Below, piece after piece: positions 49,076-60,111 of a stretch of 64,000 nt of DNA. The position numbers and the translations under genes are program-made. Source of the stretch: an uncultured delta proteobacterium (lineage in GTDB: Bacteria; Myxococcota_A; Polyangia; Palsa-1104). Location of the stretch: the NCBI GenBank assembly GCA_963785725.1, contig CAWAWS010000020.1, forward strand, positions 224,001 to 288,000, read 5' to 3'. How positions within the stretch are numbered: the stretch's first letter is position 1; every line of letters begins with the position of its first letter. The notes beneath the pieces are model-generated. The model saw only the letters and a list, made by a program, of their open reading frames with translations. It was not told the origin of the DNA and did not search any database.

Positions 49076-49224
49076 GCGCTTCCTCTTAACGTTCAGTTCG
49101 CGAGCGTGCAAACAAGATTGGTTCAACCATTTCGCGCAGCCGAGATGCGCGAACGCGCGCCGCCAAGCTATCACAAGACGCCGGCCGCGTAAGCGCCATA
49201 CACTGCTCGTGTTTGACGGTTACG

Positions 49225-50583
49225 CTAGACGCGCGCGATCGGCCGGGACGAGAGCGCGAAAAAGCGCCCGATCAGCCCGACGGCGACCGCGGTCAGGCCG
49301 AGCGACAGGCCCCACCACAAGCCGGGCGCGCCCCAGCCGAAGCCGAAGCCGAGCACGAGGGCGACCGGCAGCCCGAGCAGCCAGTGGCCGACGAGGTTGG
49401 CCCACAAAGGCGCGTGCGGATCGCCGGCGCCGCGCAGCGCGCCCGACGCGACCGCTTGCAGGCCGTCGCTGATCTCGAAGACGGCGCAGATGCGAATGAG
49501 CGGCACGGCGGCGCTGATGACGGCGTCGTCGTTGGTCAGGCCGTGGGCCAGCCAGGCGGGCACGCTGAAGAAGCCGGCGGCGGCCGTCATCATGAACACC
49601 GCCGACGTCGCGAGGCCAACGACGGCGGCGTGGCGGGCGGCGGGCGTGTCGCCGGCGCCGATGTGCATGCCGACGCGCACCGACGTCGCGGCGCCGATGC
49701 CGAGGGTGACGCAGAAGGTGACGCTGGCCATGGTGATGGCGACTTGGTGCGCGGCGGCGACGTCGGCGCCGAGGCGGCCGGTGAGCACGCCGACCAGCGA
49801 GAAGACGCCGACCTCGGCGACGATTTGCGCGCTCATCGGCGCGCCCAGCCGCAAGATGGCGCGCACGAGCGCACGGTCGAAGCGGCGGCGCAGCGGATCG
49901 GGCGGCGTGGCCGTCGCGGCGACGGCGCGCGCGAGCACGAGCACCATCGCCAGCGACGAGAACGTCGACGCCCACGCGGCGCCGGCGACGCCCAGGGCCG
50001 GCAGCCCGAGGCGCGGCAAGCCGAGGCGCGCAAGGCCGTCGTCGCCGTAAATGAGCAGATAATTGCCGACGAAATTGGCGATGTTGCCGTAGATCGTCGC
50101 GCTGACGATGGGCCGCGTCACGCCGTGCGCTTGCAGGTAGGAGCGCTGGGCGCTGAAGACGAGGAACGGCACGATGTTGAGCGAGCGCGCCCACAGATAG
50201 TCGCGCGCTTCGTGGCAGGTGGCCGGGTCGACGCCGAACGCCGGCAGCCACAGCGGCGTCACGGCGAAGAGGACGAGCAGCGGCAGCGAGATGCCGATGG
50301 CGACGCGCACGCCTTGCCACAGGAGGCGGCGCGTGCGGATGAATTCGCGGGCGCCATAGGCTTGCGCGACGGGCGCTTCGATGCCCATGACGGCGCCGAG
50401 GCCGAGACAGCTGATGGTGAAGAAGATGCCGTTGCCGATGCCGACGCCGGCCAGCGAGGGCGCGCCGAGGCGGCCGACCATCGCGGTGTCGACGACGCTC
50501 ATGAATTGGTTGCCGGCGTAGCCGAGGATGAGCGGCGCCGAGAGCTGGAGCAGCGCGCGCAGCTCGCCGTCGCGGTCGCGCAT
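49225..50583 (-). CDS. MATE-family efflux transporter
   Basis: DTAMVGRLG...LAGV, AQAYGA, LIYG..G.P.LGV.GA, AAHQ, DGLQ...SGALRGAGD. Confidence 0.92.
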   Translation of the reverse strand: MRDRDGELRALLQLSAPLILGYAGNQFMSVVDTAMVGRLGAPSLAGVGIGNGIFFTISCLGLGAVMGIEAPVAQAYGAREFIRTRRLLWQGVRVAIGISLPLLVLFAVTPLWLPAFGVDPATCHEARDYLWARSLNIVPFLVFSAQRSYLQAHGVTRPIVSATIYGNIANFVGNYLLIYGDDGLARLGLPRLGLPALGVAGAAWASTFSSLAMVLVLARAVAATATPPDPLRRRFDRALVRAILRLGAPMSAQIVAEVGVFSLVGVLTGRLGADVAAAHQVAITMASVTFCVTLGIGAATSVRVGMHIGAGDTPAARHAAVVGLATSAVFMMTAAAGFFSVPAWLAHGLTNDDAVISAAVPLIRICAVFEISDGLQAVASGALRGAGDPHAPLWANLVGHWLLGLPVALVLGFGFGWGAPGLWWGLSLGLTAVAVGLIGRFFALSSRPIARV

Positions 50584-50661
50584 GCCGGGCACTCTACGGC
50601 CGCGCCGCGCGCCTGTCCACGGCGACGGCGGCGGCGTCACGCGCGGCGAGATCGCGAGCGG

Positions 50662-51574
50662 TCAAACCGCTTCGAAGGCGACGTTGCGATGGCCGAAGTC
50701 GAAGCGGTCGCCATGCAGCAGCTCGACCAGAATCTCCAGCGACTCGACGACGCGCGGGCCGGGGCGATTGAAGTATTGGTTGCCGTCGGCGACGAAGACG
50801 CGGCCGTGGCGAACGGCCGACAGCCGCGACCACGCGGGCTCGCGCTGCAGCAAGGGAAGGTCGCGACGCGCGCGCTCGAGGTCCCAGCCGCACGGGACGA
50901 CGAGGATGACGTCGGGATCGCGCGCCACGAGCTCGGCGAACGAGAGCCACGGCGAGTGCGCGCCGGCGACGCCGAACAGGTTGTCGCCGCCGGCCAGCTC
51001 CACCAGCGTCGGCATCCAGTTGCCGCCGGCCATGAGCGGCGTCACCCACTCGATGGTCGCCACCGTCGGCCGTCGCGCGACGGCGCCGACGCGGGCGCCG
51101 ATCGCCGCCAGGCGCGACTGCAGCGCGGCCACCAGCGCCCGACCGCGCTCGGCCACGTCCAGCGCGTCGGCGACGCGGCCGATGTCACGCCAAATGTCGT
51201 CGAGCGAATTGGGCGCGAGCGAGACGATGCGCGGCCGCGAGCCGACCATCCGGCAGACGGCCGCCTCCACGTCGCGCGTCGTGACCGCGCACACGTCGCA
51301 CTGGGCCTGCGTGACGATGAGGTCCGGCGCCAGCGTGTCGAGCAGCGCCGCGTCGACGCGATAGATCGACAACCCTTCGGCGACGATGGCTTTGATCCGC
51401 TCGTCGATCTGGTAGCTGCTGCCGTCGAGCGCGAATTTGGGCGCGGTCAGCGACGGCAGGCTGCGCACGTCAGCCGGGAAGTCACACTCGTGCGAGCGAC
51501 CGACGAGGAGGCTCGCGTCCGCCGAGCGCGCAGACAATCTCGGTGGACGCCGGCAGCAACGAGACGACGCGCAT
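50662..51574 (-). CDS. BtuF-like cobalamin/Fe-siderophore-binding protein (frameshift near 51520)
   Basis: MRVVSLLPASTEIVCALG in one frame joins LVGRSHECDFP, PDLIVTQ..C.VC, EW..P....GNW.P, DGNQYFNRPGPR. Confidence 0.8.
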
Positions 51575-51659
51575 CCCGCTGATTTAGCACGCGCCTTGCC
51601 GCAATGGGTCGCACGCGGCGCGCCGCCGGCGATCCGGCGAGCGCGAAGCCCGCGGGCGA

Positions 51660-53527
51660 CTACGCGTAGCCTTGCGCCTGCAGCGAGAACAGGTGCGCGT
51701 AGCGCGCGCCGGCGGCGACGAGCTCGGCGTGCGAGCCGTCCTCGGCCACGCGCCCGCCTTCGAGGACGAGGATGCGATCGGCCATGCGCACCGTCGAGAA
51801 GCGGTGCGAGATGAGGAACGTCGTGCGCCCCGCGGCCAGCGTGCGGAAGCGCTCGAAGATGGCGTGCTCGGCCTCGGCGTCGAGCGCGGCCGTCGGCTCG
51901 TCGAGGACGAGGATGTCGGCCTCCTCGCGCATGAACGCGCGCGCGAGCGCGATCTTCTGCCACTGCCCGCCCGACAGCTCGACGCCGTCGTGCGCCCACT
52001 TGCCGAGCTTCGTGCCGAGCCCTTCGGCGAGGCCGGCGACGACCTCGTCGGCGCCGCCGCGCTCGGCCGCGCGCGTCGATGCGCGGCTCCTCGGTCAGGT
52101 GCGGCAGCGAGCCGACGCCGACGTTATCGCGCACGTCGAACTGGTACTCGTTGAAGTCCTGGAAGATGACGGCGACGCGCGCGCGCAGCTTATCGATGTC
52201 CCAGTCGCGCAAATCGACGCCGTCGATGAGGACGCGGCCCTCGGTCGGCTCGTAAAGGCGCGTCAGCAGCTTGATGAGCGTCGTTTTGCCGGCGCCGTTC
52301 GCGCCCGACCAGCGCCACCGACTGCCCGCGCGGAACGAAGAAGCTGATATGTCGCAGCGCCCATTTCTCGACCGAATGACCATTCTCGCTCGGCGCCATC
52401 GGATAACGAAAGCCGACGTCATCGAAGCGAATGCCGGCCTCGCCTGCCGTCGCTGGATACTTCGGCGGCCCGATCGCGGAATCGGGCGTAACCGCGATCG
52501 AAAGATATTCGAACAGGTTCGACATATATAACGTGTCTTCGTACATTCCACCGATGGCGCCCAATACCGACTGAAACGCCTGTTGACCTTGGCGGAAGGC
52601 GACGACATAGAGCGTCAGGTTGCCGAGCGTAATCTTTGCCGTCGCTGCGGCCAGCGCCATGCCGGCATAACAGAGGTAGAACGCCGCCGTACCCAATAAC
52701 GACAATAACAAGGCCCAACCGGCGCGTTTCCCGGCCAGCGATTGATCTTCCTGAAATATCTTTTCGGCGAGCGCGCGATAGCGTCCGAGCAGCGTCGGTC
52801 CGAGGTTGAAGAGCTTGACCTCTTTGACGTGACCGTCGTTCGACAGCACGTATTCGAGATAATTGAGCTGCCGCGCCTCGGGCGAGCGCCAGTTGCGCAG
52901 CCGGAACGCCGAGCGCGAGAACCACATCTCGACCGCCGCCGCCGGCACCGACGCCGCGAACAGCGCCAGCGCCGCCCAGCGCGAATAACGCAGAATCAGC
53001 GCCAAATAGCCGATGAGCGTCAGCGAGTTCTGCACCAGCTGAAAGCCTTCGGTGACGACGCTGACCGGGCGAAACGAGGCTTCGCGGCGCGCTTTGACGA
53101 GGCTGTCGTAGAAGCGGCCATCTTCGAAATGGCGCAGCTCGAGCGTGAGCGCCTTTTCCAGGATGCGCACGTTGATGTCGACGGCGAGGCGGGCGCCGAG
53201 CAGCGAGCGCACGAAGGCGAGCCCGCGCTGCGTGAGCGCTTGCGCGGCGACGATGGCGAGCTCGATGATGACCCAGTGCATCGTCTTCGGCGTCGAAAGG
53301 GCGACGACGGCGTCGACGATCCCCTTGCCGGCGTAGGCGATGCCGAGCGGCAGCACGGCGGAGACGAGCGTCAGGCCGGCGAGAATGAGCGTCAGGCCCG
53401 GTGACGAGTGCCAGACGAGGATCAGCGTTCGCCAGGTCAGCCGCATGCCGTCGACGGCTTGGCGGCGCGCGCGCGTGAACGTGAACGGCGGGCGGTTCGT
53501 CGTGGCGGTGAAGCGCGGCGGCGGCAT
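51660..53527 (-). CDS. ABC exporter, fused permease + ATPase (frameshifts near 52305 and 52075)
   Basis: TMD with KEVKLF; GANGAGKTT, LSGGQWQKIALAR, LDEPTAALD, ISHRFSTV over three frames. Confidence 0.88.
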
Positions 53528-53689
53528 CGGACAGAAGCTAAGTCGCGGCGACGGCGGTTGCCAGCCAGATCGGCGGCCCGACGCGCGATGACGCCGACCG
53601 CGGCCCGCCGACTCGCGACCGATTCGCTCGCCGGCGGCGCATCGTCGACCGTCGCATCGCTCGATCCGATGATGCTATGGTTCGGCGCC

Positions 53690-55894
53690 ATGTCGCGCCA
53701 AGCCGCTGCACGCGTCGCCCCGCGGCCAGCCGAGAATGACGCGAGCCGCTGGCGCGATCTGGCCTGCGTCGCCGGTGTCGTCCTCGTGCTCGCGGCCTTG
53801 CTGGAGCCGCTGCTGCGCGGACACATGGCGCCCAAATGGGATGCGGCCGAGCAGTTCACCCCCTACTACAGCCTCGTCGCCGATTACGCGCGACTCGGGC
53901 GGCTGGCGACCTGGAACCCGTGGACCGACGGCGGCATGCCGATCTTCATCGAGCCCCAGTCGGGCGCGCTGTCGCCGCTGACGGTCCTGTGCGGTCTCGT
54001 CTTCGGCCCAGGCGAAGCGGGCTATCGATATTATTGGTGCACGCTGTGGATCCTGGCGGCGATCGGGATGTTCCTGCTCGCCCGCCAGCTGCGTGCCCCA
54101 CGCGCGGCGGCGGTCGCGCTCGGTCTCGGCTACGCGCTGTCGGGCCCGTTCTGCGGCAACGCCGAGCACGTCGCGTGGGTCTACGCGAGCGCGCTCCTGC
54201 CTTTCATCATCTGGCGCTGGGACGTCACGCTGACCACCGGCCGCACCACGGCGGCGCTGCAAGCCGGCGCGCTCTTCGGTCTGGGCGCGCTCGGCGGCTA
54301 TCCCGGTCTCGTCTTCGCGACGGCGGGGTTCAGCGTGCTGTGGCTCGCCTGCCGCTGGCTCGACGGCTCGCTCCAGCTCACGCCGCGCGCCTGGCTGCTC
54401 GCGGCCATCGTCGGCGTCGTCGTCGCCTCGCCGCTCTATGCCAGCTTTGCCTTCGACGGCAGAGGCTTCTCCGAGCGCGTGAGCGAGCTCGATCGCGGCA
54501 GCGCCATCGGCAACAACGCGCTCGCGGTCGGCGCTCTGTGGACCCTTTTGAGCCCGTCGTTTCCCATCGCCAAGTTCGCCCACCGCGATCTCTGGCCGCA
54601 CACCGACATCTCGTCCGTCAGCCTCTTTTTCGGCTTGGTTCCGCTGGCGCTGGCCCTGTTCGCGATCGTCTCACCGGAGCGCCGGCGTTGGCGATTGGCG
54701 CTGACCGGCTTGGCGCTGGCCAGCTTCGTCACCGCCTGCAGCAGCACCTTTCCAGTGCGCGGCTGGCTTTACGACTTGCTGCCGCCGTTCCGCTATTTTC
54801 AACAGTCGAGCCTGTTCCGCGTCTTCGCCGTCCTCACACTCTGCGCGCTCGGCGCCGAGAGCGCACGTGCGTTGGGCGCAGGCGTCGACTTCCGTAAACG
54901 TGTGGTGCCGCTGTCGCTCGCCTTCGCGCTGCTGGTCCCGCTCGGCTACTACTATTTCCAGCGGCGAATCCTCGGCGACGAGCCCGATCCCGTCGCGCTC
55001 ACGCAATGCTGTGTCACCCCGCTGCTGCTCCTTCTGGCGACCGCGCTCCCGTCGGCACGACCGGGGATCGCCCGTTCGCTGGCGCTGGCCCTCTTCGTCG
55101 TCGCCGTGCTGCTCGACGGCTATTGGACCTTTCGCCTTTCGCAACGGACCATCGGCGACGACACCGGCTGGGTCTTGCAGAAGTGGCGCGACCTCGATCG
55201 AGCGCACGTCGAGAGCCTCGAGTTGCACGGTTTTCAGCGGACGATCGGACGCGGCAGGAACAACGACAACCTCTTGGTGAAGCAGCCCGAGCTGCACAAC
55301 TATTCGGCGTTGCACAACGGCTTTCACCTCGACCTGCGGGCCCTGCCGACGGCGGAGTCGATGGTGACGGGGGCTCATCGCGTCTGGTTCGCGCCCACTG
55401 CGCCCGAGCTGCCGCTCACGAACCGTACGCTGCAGGACCTCGGGGCCGAGCTCGAGCGCCGGCACACGGCCGGCTTCGTCGTTCATTCGCGACAGGCGAT
55501 GCTGGGGACGCCGGCGCCTGCGTCCCAGCCGCCGCTGACGACGTCGCTCTTGCCGACGGCTACGGAAGCGCCGGTGCGGCTCGCGCGCTACGACGCGACG
55601 CACCTGGTCTTCGATTGGCAAGCGCCGACGAACGGCTGGCTCTTCGTCGGCGACCGCTGGGCGCGCGGCTGGGAAGCGCGCGTCAACGGCAAACCGACCG
55701 AGCTCGACGGCGCCAACCTCGTCTTCCGCGCCGTCGCCGTCCCGGCCGGTCCGATTCATGTCGAGATGACCTATCGGCCAAAGCTCCTATGGCTGGTGGC
55801 GCTGAGTTGGCCGGCCTGCCTCTTCGGGCTCTTGTCGGGCCTGTGGCCGCTCGTCCGGCGGCGAGCGCGGGCCAAACCGACGACGGCGACCTGA
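53690..55894 (+). CDS. YfhO-like polytopic membrane protein (GT-C-type glycosyltransferase)
   Basis: WD...F.PY, WNP...GG.P, many TMs, C-terminal D.W..GW.A.VNG...AN..FRAV.VPAG...V...Y.P. Confidence 0.75.
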   Translation: MSRQAAARVAPRPAENDASRWRDLACVAGVVLVLAALLEPLLRGHMAPKWDAAEQFTPYYSLVADYARLGRLATWNPWTDGGMPIFIEPQSGALSPLTVLCGLVFGPGEAGYRYYWCTLWILAAIGMFLLARQLRAPRAAAVALGLGYALSGPFCGNAEHVAWVYASALLPFIIWRWDVTLTTGRTTAALQAGALFGLGALGGYPGLVFATAGFSVLWLACRWLDGSLQLTPRAWLLAAIVGVVVASPLYASFAFDGRGFSERVSELDRGSAIGNNALAVGALWTLLSPSFPIAKFAHRDLWPHTDISSVSLFFGLVPLALALFAIVSPERRRWRLALTGLALASFVTACSSTFPVRGWLYDLLPPFRYFQQSSLFRVFAVLTLCALGAESARALGAGVDFRKRVVPLSLAFALLVPLGYYYFQRRILGDEPDPVALTQCCVTPLLLLLATALPSARPGIARSLALALFVVAVLLDGYWTFRLSQRTIGDDTGWVLQKWRDLDRAHVESLELHGFQRTIGRGRNNDNLLVKQPELHNYSALHNGFHLDLRALPTAESMVTGAHRVWFAPTAPELPLTNRTLQDLGAELERRHTAGFVVHSRQAMLGTPAPASQPPLTTSLLPTATEAPVRLARYDATHLVFDWQAPTNGWLFVGDRWARGWEARVNGKPTELDGANLVFRAVAVPAGPIHVEMTYRPKLLWLVALSWPACLFGLLSGLWPLVRRRARAKPTTAT

Positions 55895-55942
55895 GCGCCG
55901 ACGACACGGCTGGCGCGCCAGACGTCGAGCGCATCGACGCCA

Positions 55943-57178
55943 TCAGCCGCCGGAGGCCGTCACGCCTCCGCTTTCGGAGCCGGGCAGCGGCCGGGTGGCA
56001 CCCTCGTCGACGAACTGGATGACCTCGGCCAGCGGCGCCTCGGCGTCGGCGGGCGTGCTGTTGACGCGCCAGGGCATCGTCTCCGGGTTCATGTCGCCGG
56101 CCGTGAAGTGCCAGCCCGCCGTCGACGGCTGGAATAGATCGCTGCCGCCCATGAGCACGAACGGATCGGAGTGCCGCCCCGGCAGGAAACCGAGCCGCAG
56201 CAGCGGCCGCGCGTAGGGCCCATCGAGGTTGCAGCGGATCATGATGCGCCCGACGCGCCGCTCGGCCAGGTGCGCGACCAGCGCCGCCATCGCGCGGCGC
56301 AAGAGCGTGCCGTCGAGCGGCAGGAGGTGGTCGACGACGAGGGCGCCGCGCGACGACAGCTCCACCGCCGCCCAACCGACGAGCTGCCGCCCCAGCTCGA
56401 TGGCGATCAGCTCCTGCGGCGCCACCGGGTTCTCCAGGTAGCGCCATCGCAAGACGGCCGCGTCGCGTCGCCCGACCACGGCCAGCTGCGCGGCCAGCCG
56501 CAGCCACAGGTTGTCGAAGCTGCTGCCGTCGATCGTCGTCAGCGGCCGCGCCGTGAGCGCGCCCGAGCCGCCGAGCAAGAGACGCCGCGTCGCGCACAGC
56601 AGTCGATCGATCATCCAGCCGCCGGTCAGGTGGCGCGTGTAGTCGGCGTGGCCGTGGCGGAAGAGCAGCTCGGCGCCGCGCGCATCGAGCGGCAAGCCGA
56701 GGTAGCGCAGCCCGCCGATGACGCGGCCGCCGGCGCGCACGAGCTGGCGCACGTTGGCCGGCGTCGGCGTGCCGGCGATGAAGCGATAGGGCACGTCGCC
56801 GCGCAGCATGGCCGCGTGCGCGTGCTGGTGCATGCGCAGCGCGAGGCCGCGGCGACGGTGGCGCGGCGGCACGAAGGCGTCGAAGCCGACGCCGCCGGCG
56901 ACGACCAGCCCCTGCACCGCATAATCGCGCGCGAAGATCGACGTGAAGCCGAGGATCTCGTCGCCGACCGGATCGACGGCCAGCCACATGCGCGCCGGTC
57001 CTTGCGGGTTACGCCGGTAGATCCAGTCGTAGCGACGGCGCGCGTCGCCGGCGGTCACGTGGCGCGACAGAAGCGCGATGACGCGCTCGTCGTCGCTCGG
57101 CTCGGCCACGCGGACGTGCGCCCCGTGGTCGGCGATCAGAGCCCGTTCGGTTTGCATCGGGGCCTCCAAATCGGACAT
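55943..57178 (-). CDS. GNAT-family acyltransferase (tandem GNAT fold)
   Basis: W.Y..NP.G, D..V.P.HRRRG acetyl-CoA motif, R....L.WRY..NP, GD near the C-terminus. Confidence 0.75.
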   Translation of the reverse strand: MSDLEAPMQTERALIADHGAHVRVAEPSDDERVIALLSRHVTAGDARRRYDWIYRRNPQGPARMWLAVDPVGDEILGFTSIFARDYAVQGLVVAGGVGFDAFVPPRHRRRGLALRMHQHAHAAMLRGDVPYRFIAGTPTPANVRQLVRAGGRVIGGLRYLGLPLDARGAELLFRHGHADYTRHLTGGWMIDRLLCATRRLLLGGSGALTARPLTTIDGSSFDNLWLRLAAQLAVVGRRDAAVLRWRYLENPVAPQELIAIELGRQLVGWAAVELSSRGALVVDHLLPLDGTLLRRAMAALVAHLAERRVGRIMIRCNLDGPYARPLLRLGFLPGRHSDPFVLMGGSDLFQPSTAGWHFTAGDMNPETMPWRVNSTPADAEAPLAEVIQFVDEGATRPLPGSESGGVTASGG

Positions 57179-57335
57179 GGGGCCACGCGCGACCTATGCA
57201 AGACGCCGGCGAAAAGCAGGGACGCCACCTGAATGCAAGAATGATTCGGCCTACGCCGACGACCGGATGGTCGAGCGCGTCGATGCCGCAGTCAGATTCA
57301 GGCTCGGTGACAACGACCGAGCCGGCAGGTTGGTT

Positions 57336-57899
57336 TCACTCGAGCCAGAGCAGCAGGTCGCCGTCGTCCGCCGAGCTCAGCGCGCGCTCGGCTGGAGCGC
57401 CGGCAGCCGGCCTACGCTCGACGAAGCCCATGCGACGCAGCAGCCGCAGCGAGCGCTCGTTGTCGGGCCGCACGGCAGCCCACAGCTCGGTGACACCGAA
57501 CTGCTGGCGCAGCTGATCGCGTAGCCAACTGACCGCTTCGCTCGCGAGACCATGACCCCAAAAAGCTGGGCCAAACAGATAGGCGATCTCCGCCCAAGTG
57601 CCATGCACGGTCGCTTCGAGCCGGCCGCAATAGACGCTGCCATCGATGACGCGAACCGCGTAGTTGACCCAGCGTTCCGCGCCCGCTTCGGAGCTCGGTC
57701 CGGCCGCGCGCCGGGCGAACTCGGCGGCCATCTGCTCGACGCTGGTGGAGTCGGGCGGACCAATGTGGTGCCAGACACGCGCATCGCTCAGCGGCCCGAA
57801 CAGCTCAGCGGAATGATCGGCGCGCAGCGGCTCGTAGGCGAGTCGGCTACTCACCAACGCACCGTAGCACGCGAGAGCGAGCTCGCGGGACAGGCTCAC
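57336..57899 (-). CDS. RimJ/RimL-type GNAT acetyltransferase
   Basis: EIAY...P.FWG.GLASEA, V.PDN.RS.RLL.RMGF. Confidence 0.85.
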   Translation of the reverse strand: MSLSRELALACYGALVSSRLAYEPLRADHSAELFGPLSDARVWHHIGPPDSTSVEQMAAEFARRAAGPSSEAGAERWVNYAVRVIDGSVYCGRLEATVHGTWAEIAYLFGPAFWGHGLASEAVSWLRDQLRQQFGVTELWAAVRPDNERSLRLLRRMGFVERRPAAGAPAERALSSADDGDLLLWLE

Positions 57900-57973
57900 G
57901 CCGTAACCACCCGCGATGACGTGGAAAATGGGTGCTCCGGAATCGAACCAAGCGGATTCTCAACGGGTAATGA

Positions 57974-58186
57974 GTGTCACGTTTCGGCTTGAGCGACCGC
58001 GGACAAAACGCCCGCGATCGACAGTGTTTTCGGCAAGCGATCGAAGTCGCGCATCGACACAACGTGCCGGCCGACGCAGTTCGCGAATGGCTCGATCGAG
58101 AGCCTCTTACGCCGAAGGAAAAATCGGAGCGATTCGCCGAGCTCTGTCAGCGACTGGAGCGCAGAGCGGAACAGTCACAGCCCTAG
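57974..58186 (+). CDS. Possible small hypothetical protein
   Basis: 70-aa helical-looking ORF in a lower-GC gap; no recognisable motif. Confidence 0.25.
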   Translation: MSRFGLSDRGQNARDRQCFRQAIEVAHRHNVPADAVREWLDREPLTPKEKSERFAELCQRLERRAEQSQP

Positions 58187-58419
58187 CCGCTCTTTTCTTT
58201 CTCCTGCGACGGTGCAGACGAATCAACTCCTCAGCTCGCGGATAGGCTCTCTATCTTGAAGCCGCTGAGCCGTCGTGGCTCCCGTTCGATCGCAAGCGAC
58301 GCACGAGAGGGCAAAGGCTGAGGCCGCGCCGTCAGCGGCGCTGTCAGAATCTGGCGTGACGGCGATCAAACGGCGACGATTTGCTGACGGTCGCCGACGG
58401 CGGCGTGCGGACTTGGTGC

Positions 58420-58435
58420 TGGCGCGCAAGCTGCA
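58420..58435 (+). promoter_or_regulatory. Putative sigma-54 promoter (-24/-12)
   Basis: TGGCGCGCAAGCTGCA has the GG-N10-GC spacing of TGGCACG-N4-TTGCW; ATG follows at 58448. Confidence 0.45.
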
Positions 58436-58447
58436 CCAGCGGCGGGC

Positions 58448-59608
58448 ATGTATCGCAACCTCGTATGCGCGCTGCTGTTGACGTACGCCGGCTGCGGCGG
58501 ACCGACGCTGCTGCCGGCGCCGTGCACCGGCGTGCAGCTGGAGGCCGGCATCGCCTCCGGCAGCGACGGCACCTTCGTCATGGCCGCCGAGCAGCTGCCC
58601 GCCGGTAGCTTCCTGCGCCACTTCGACGGCTCCGGCCAGCCGCTGACGCAGCTGCAGCTGCCGTCGCCCACCGGCAACGCGACCTTCGGCGACATCGGCT
58701 ACGAGGGCCTGTATGCCGGTGGCAGCGCGCTCTTTGCCGTCGACTTCGAGGGCGGCGTCAGCATCTGGGACGACAGTGGCTTTCGCTCGTCGGTCACGGC
58801 GCCCATCGCGTGCACGCCGCCCACCGGCTACCCGACGTGGTTTGCCGTCGAAGGCGACCGCCTGCGCATCTACGGCAAGGACGAAGCCGAGCATCTTTGC
58901 ACCTATCGCGTCGACGGCAACGGTGTCACCGACGATGCGCACATCTTCGACAACGGCGAGTACGGCTTCGCCGTGCAGACGGTCGCCGGCGGCGGCTTCG
59001 TCGTCAACGCCACCGAAGGCATCATCCTCTACGACGCCAACGGCGTGCGCCTCTGGACTCACGCCGGCGCCTTCGGGCAGGTCACTGCCGTCGGCGGGCA
59101 GATTTACGCGCTGTCGGTGCCCCCCTCCGGATCGAGCGGCGCGATCAACCTGGTGCTGGTGGGCGCCGGCGGCCAGGGCGAGACCGTGCTCACGAGCTCG
59201 ACCGTGGGCAGCGACCAGGACGTTCAGGCCAACGTCTTCGCCGCGCTCGCCGACGGCACGCTGGTGGTCGAGTTGGAGACCCGCTACGCCGAGACGCACG
59301 AGGTCGTCCACGTCGACGCGACCGGCGCCGTCACGCGTCAGCCGGTGGCGGCGCTGAACGGGCAGGCGGCATTGTCGGCGGCCGTCGGCGCCGACTACGT
59401 GCTGCTGCAGACGAAGCAGGGGCTGTACGCGCTCGACCCTGACGGCGCCGTGCGCTGGCAGGTGGGGGCGGTCATCGGCAGCGCCATCGCCAGCGACGGC
59501 GGCGTGGTCGCCGTGAGCAGCACGGCGCTCGATGCCTGCCGCGCCGCCTTGACCCTCGACCACTACGACGCCCAAGGCAATCACACCTGGACCTGGAGCG
59601 CGCGATGA
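58448..59608 (+). CDS. Lipoprotein, beta-propeller-like
   Basis: YAGC lipobox; repeated YD..G...W / LD.DG.VRW strands. Confidence 0.65.
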   Translation: MYRNLVCALLLTYAGCGGPTLLPAPCTGVQLEAGIASGSDGTFVMAAEQLPAGSFLRHFDGSGQPLTQLQLPSPTGNATFGDIGYEGLYAGGSALFAVDFEGGVSIWDDSGFRSSVTAPIACTPPTGYPTWFAVEGDRLRIYGKDEAEHLCTYRVDGNGVTDDAHIFDNGEYGFAVQTVAGGGFVVNATEGIILYDANGVRLWTHAGAFGQVTAVGGQIYALSVPPSGSSGAINLVLVGAGGQGETVLTSSTVGSDQDVQANVFAALADGTLVVELETRYAETHEVVHVDATGAVTRQPVAALNGQAALSAAVGADYVLLQTKQGLYALDPDGAVRWQVGAVIGSAIASDGGVVAVSSTALDACRAALTLDHYDAQGNHTWTWSAR

Positions 59609-60111
59609 CCCTGCTGCGTTCGACCGTCGTCGCGAGCCTGCTGGTGCTGGGCGGCTGCGACCTCGGCGCCACCGACAGCGACGATGGCATCGATGGGGTC
59701 GTCGCCCTGAGCAGCCTGGCCAACGGCGGCGCCGAAGTGTGCGCCACCTACGAGCACGAGCATCTCGTCCCCGACGAGAGCCCGGTCGTAACCCGCCGCT
59801 GGCGGCGCATCGAGCTCGACGCCCAGGGCCACGCGCAGGATCGCGACGGCGACTGCAGCGCCGCCGGCACCGTCGACCCGAGCCACATCGCGCTGGCCGA
59901 CGGCGGCTTCGTCGCGCTCACGCCGCTCGACGCCCAGCTCACGCGCTTCGACGCCGGCGGCGCGACCGTGTGGAGCGTGCCGTCGCCTTTCGGCACGCTG
60001 GAGGCGGCCGTCGAGAGCAGCGACGGCAACCTGCTGCTCGCCGGCGGGCCGGAAGTGGCGCGGCTGGCGCTCAGCGACGGCAGCGTCAGCTGGGTCGTCG
60101 CGCTGCGCTAA
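59605..60111 (+). CDS. Lipoprotein, short beta-propeller-like protein
   Basis: LGGC lipobox; FD.GG..VW and DG.V.W motifs; ATGA overlap with the previous gene. Confidence 0.6.
   Translation: MTLLRSTVVASLLVLGGCDLGATDSDDGIDGVVALSSLANGGAEVCATYEHEHLVPDESPVVTRRWRRIELDAQGHAQDRDGDCSAAGTVDPSHIALADGGFVALTPLDAQLTRFDAGGATVWSVPSPFGTLEAAVESSDGNLLLAGGPEVARLALSDGSVSWVVALR

Noticed and set aside
51574..51660. Cobalamin riboswitch before the btuF-like gene
   Set aside because: The gap is under 90 bp and holds only a GC hairpin; no B12-box is recognisable.
50662..52608. Apparent ABC-ATPase / BtuF fusion in the 648-aa ORF
   Set aside because: Artefact of frameshifts: the ABC gene ends at 51660 in another frame and the binding protein has its own ATG at 51574.
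57900..58000. Intact tRNA gene
   Set aside because: Only a T-loop-like word is present; the T-stem pairs poorly and no D-arm, anticodon arm or CCA can be built.
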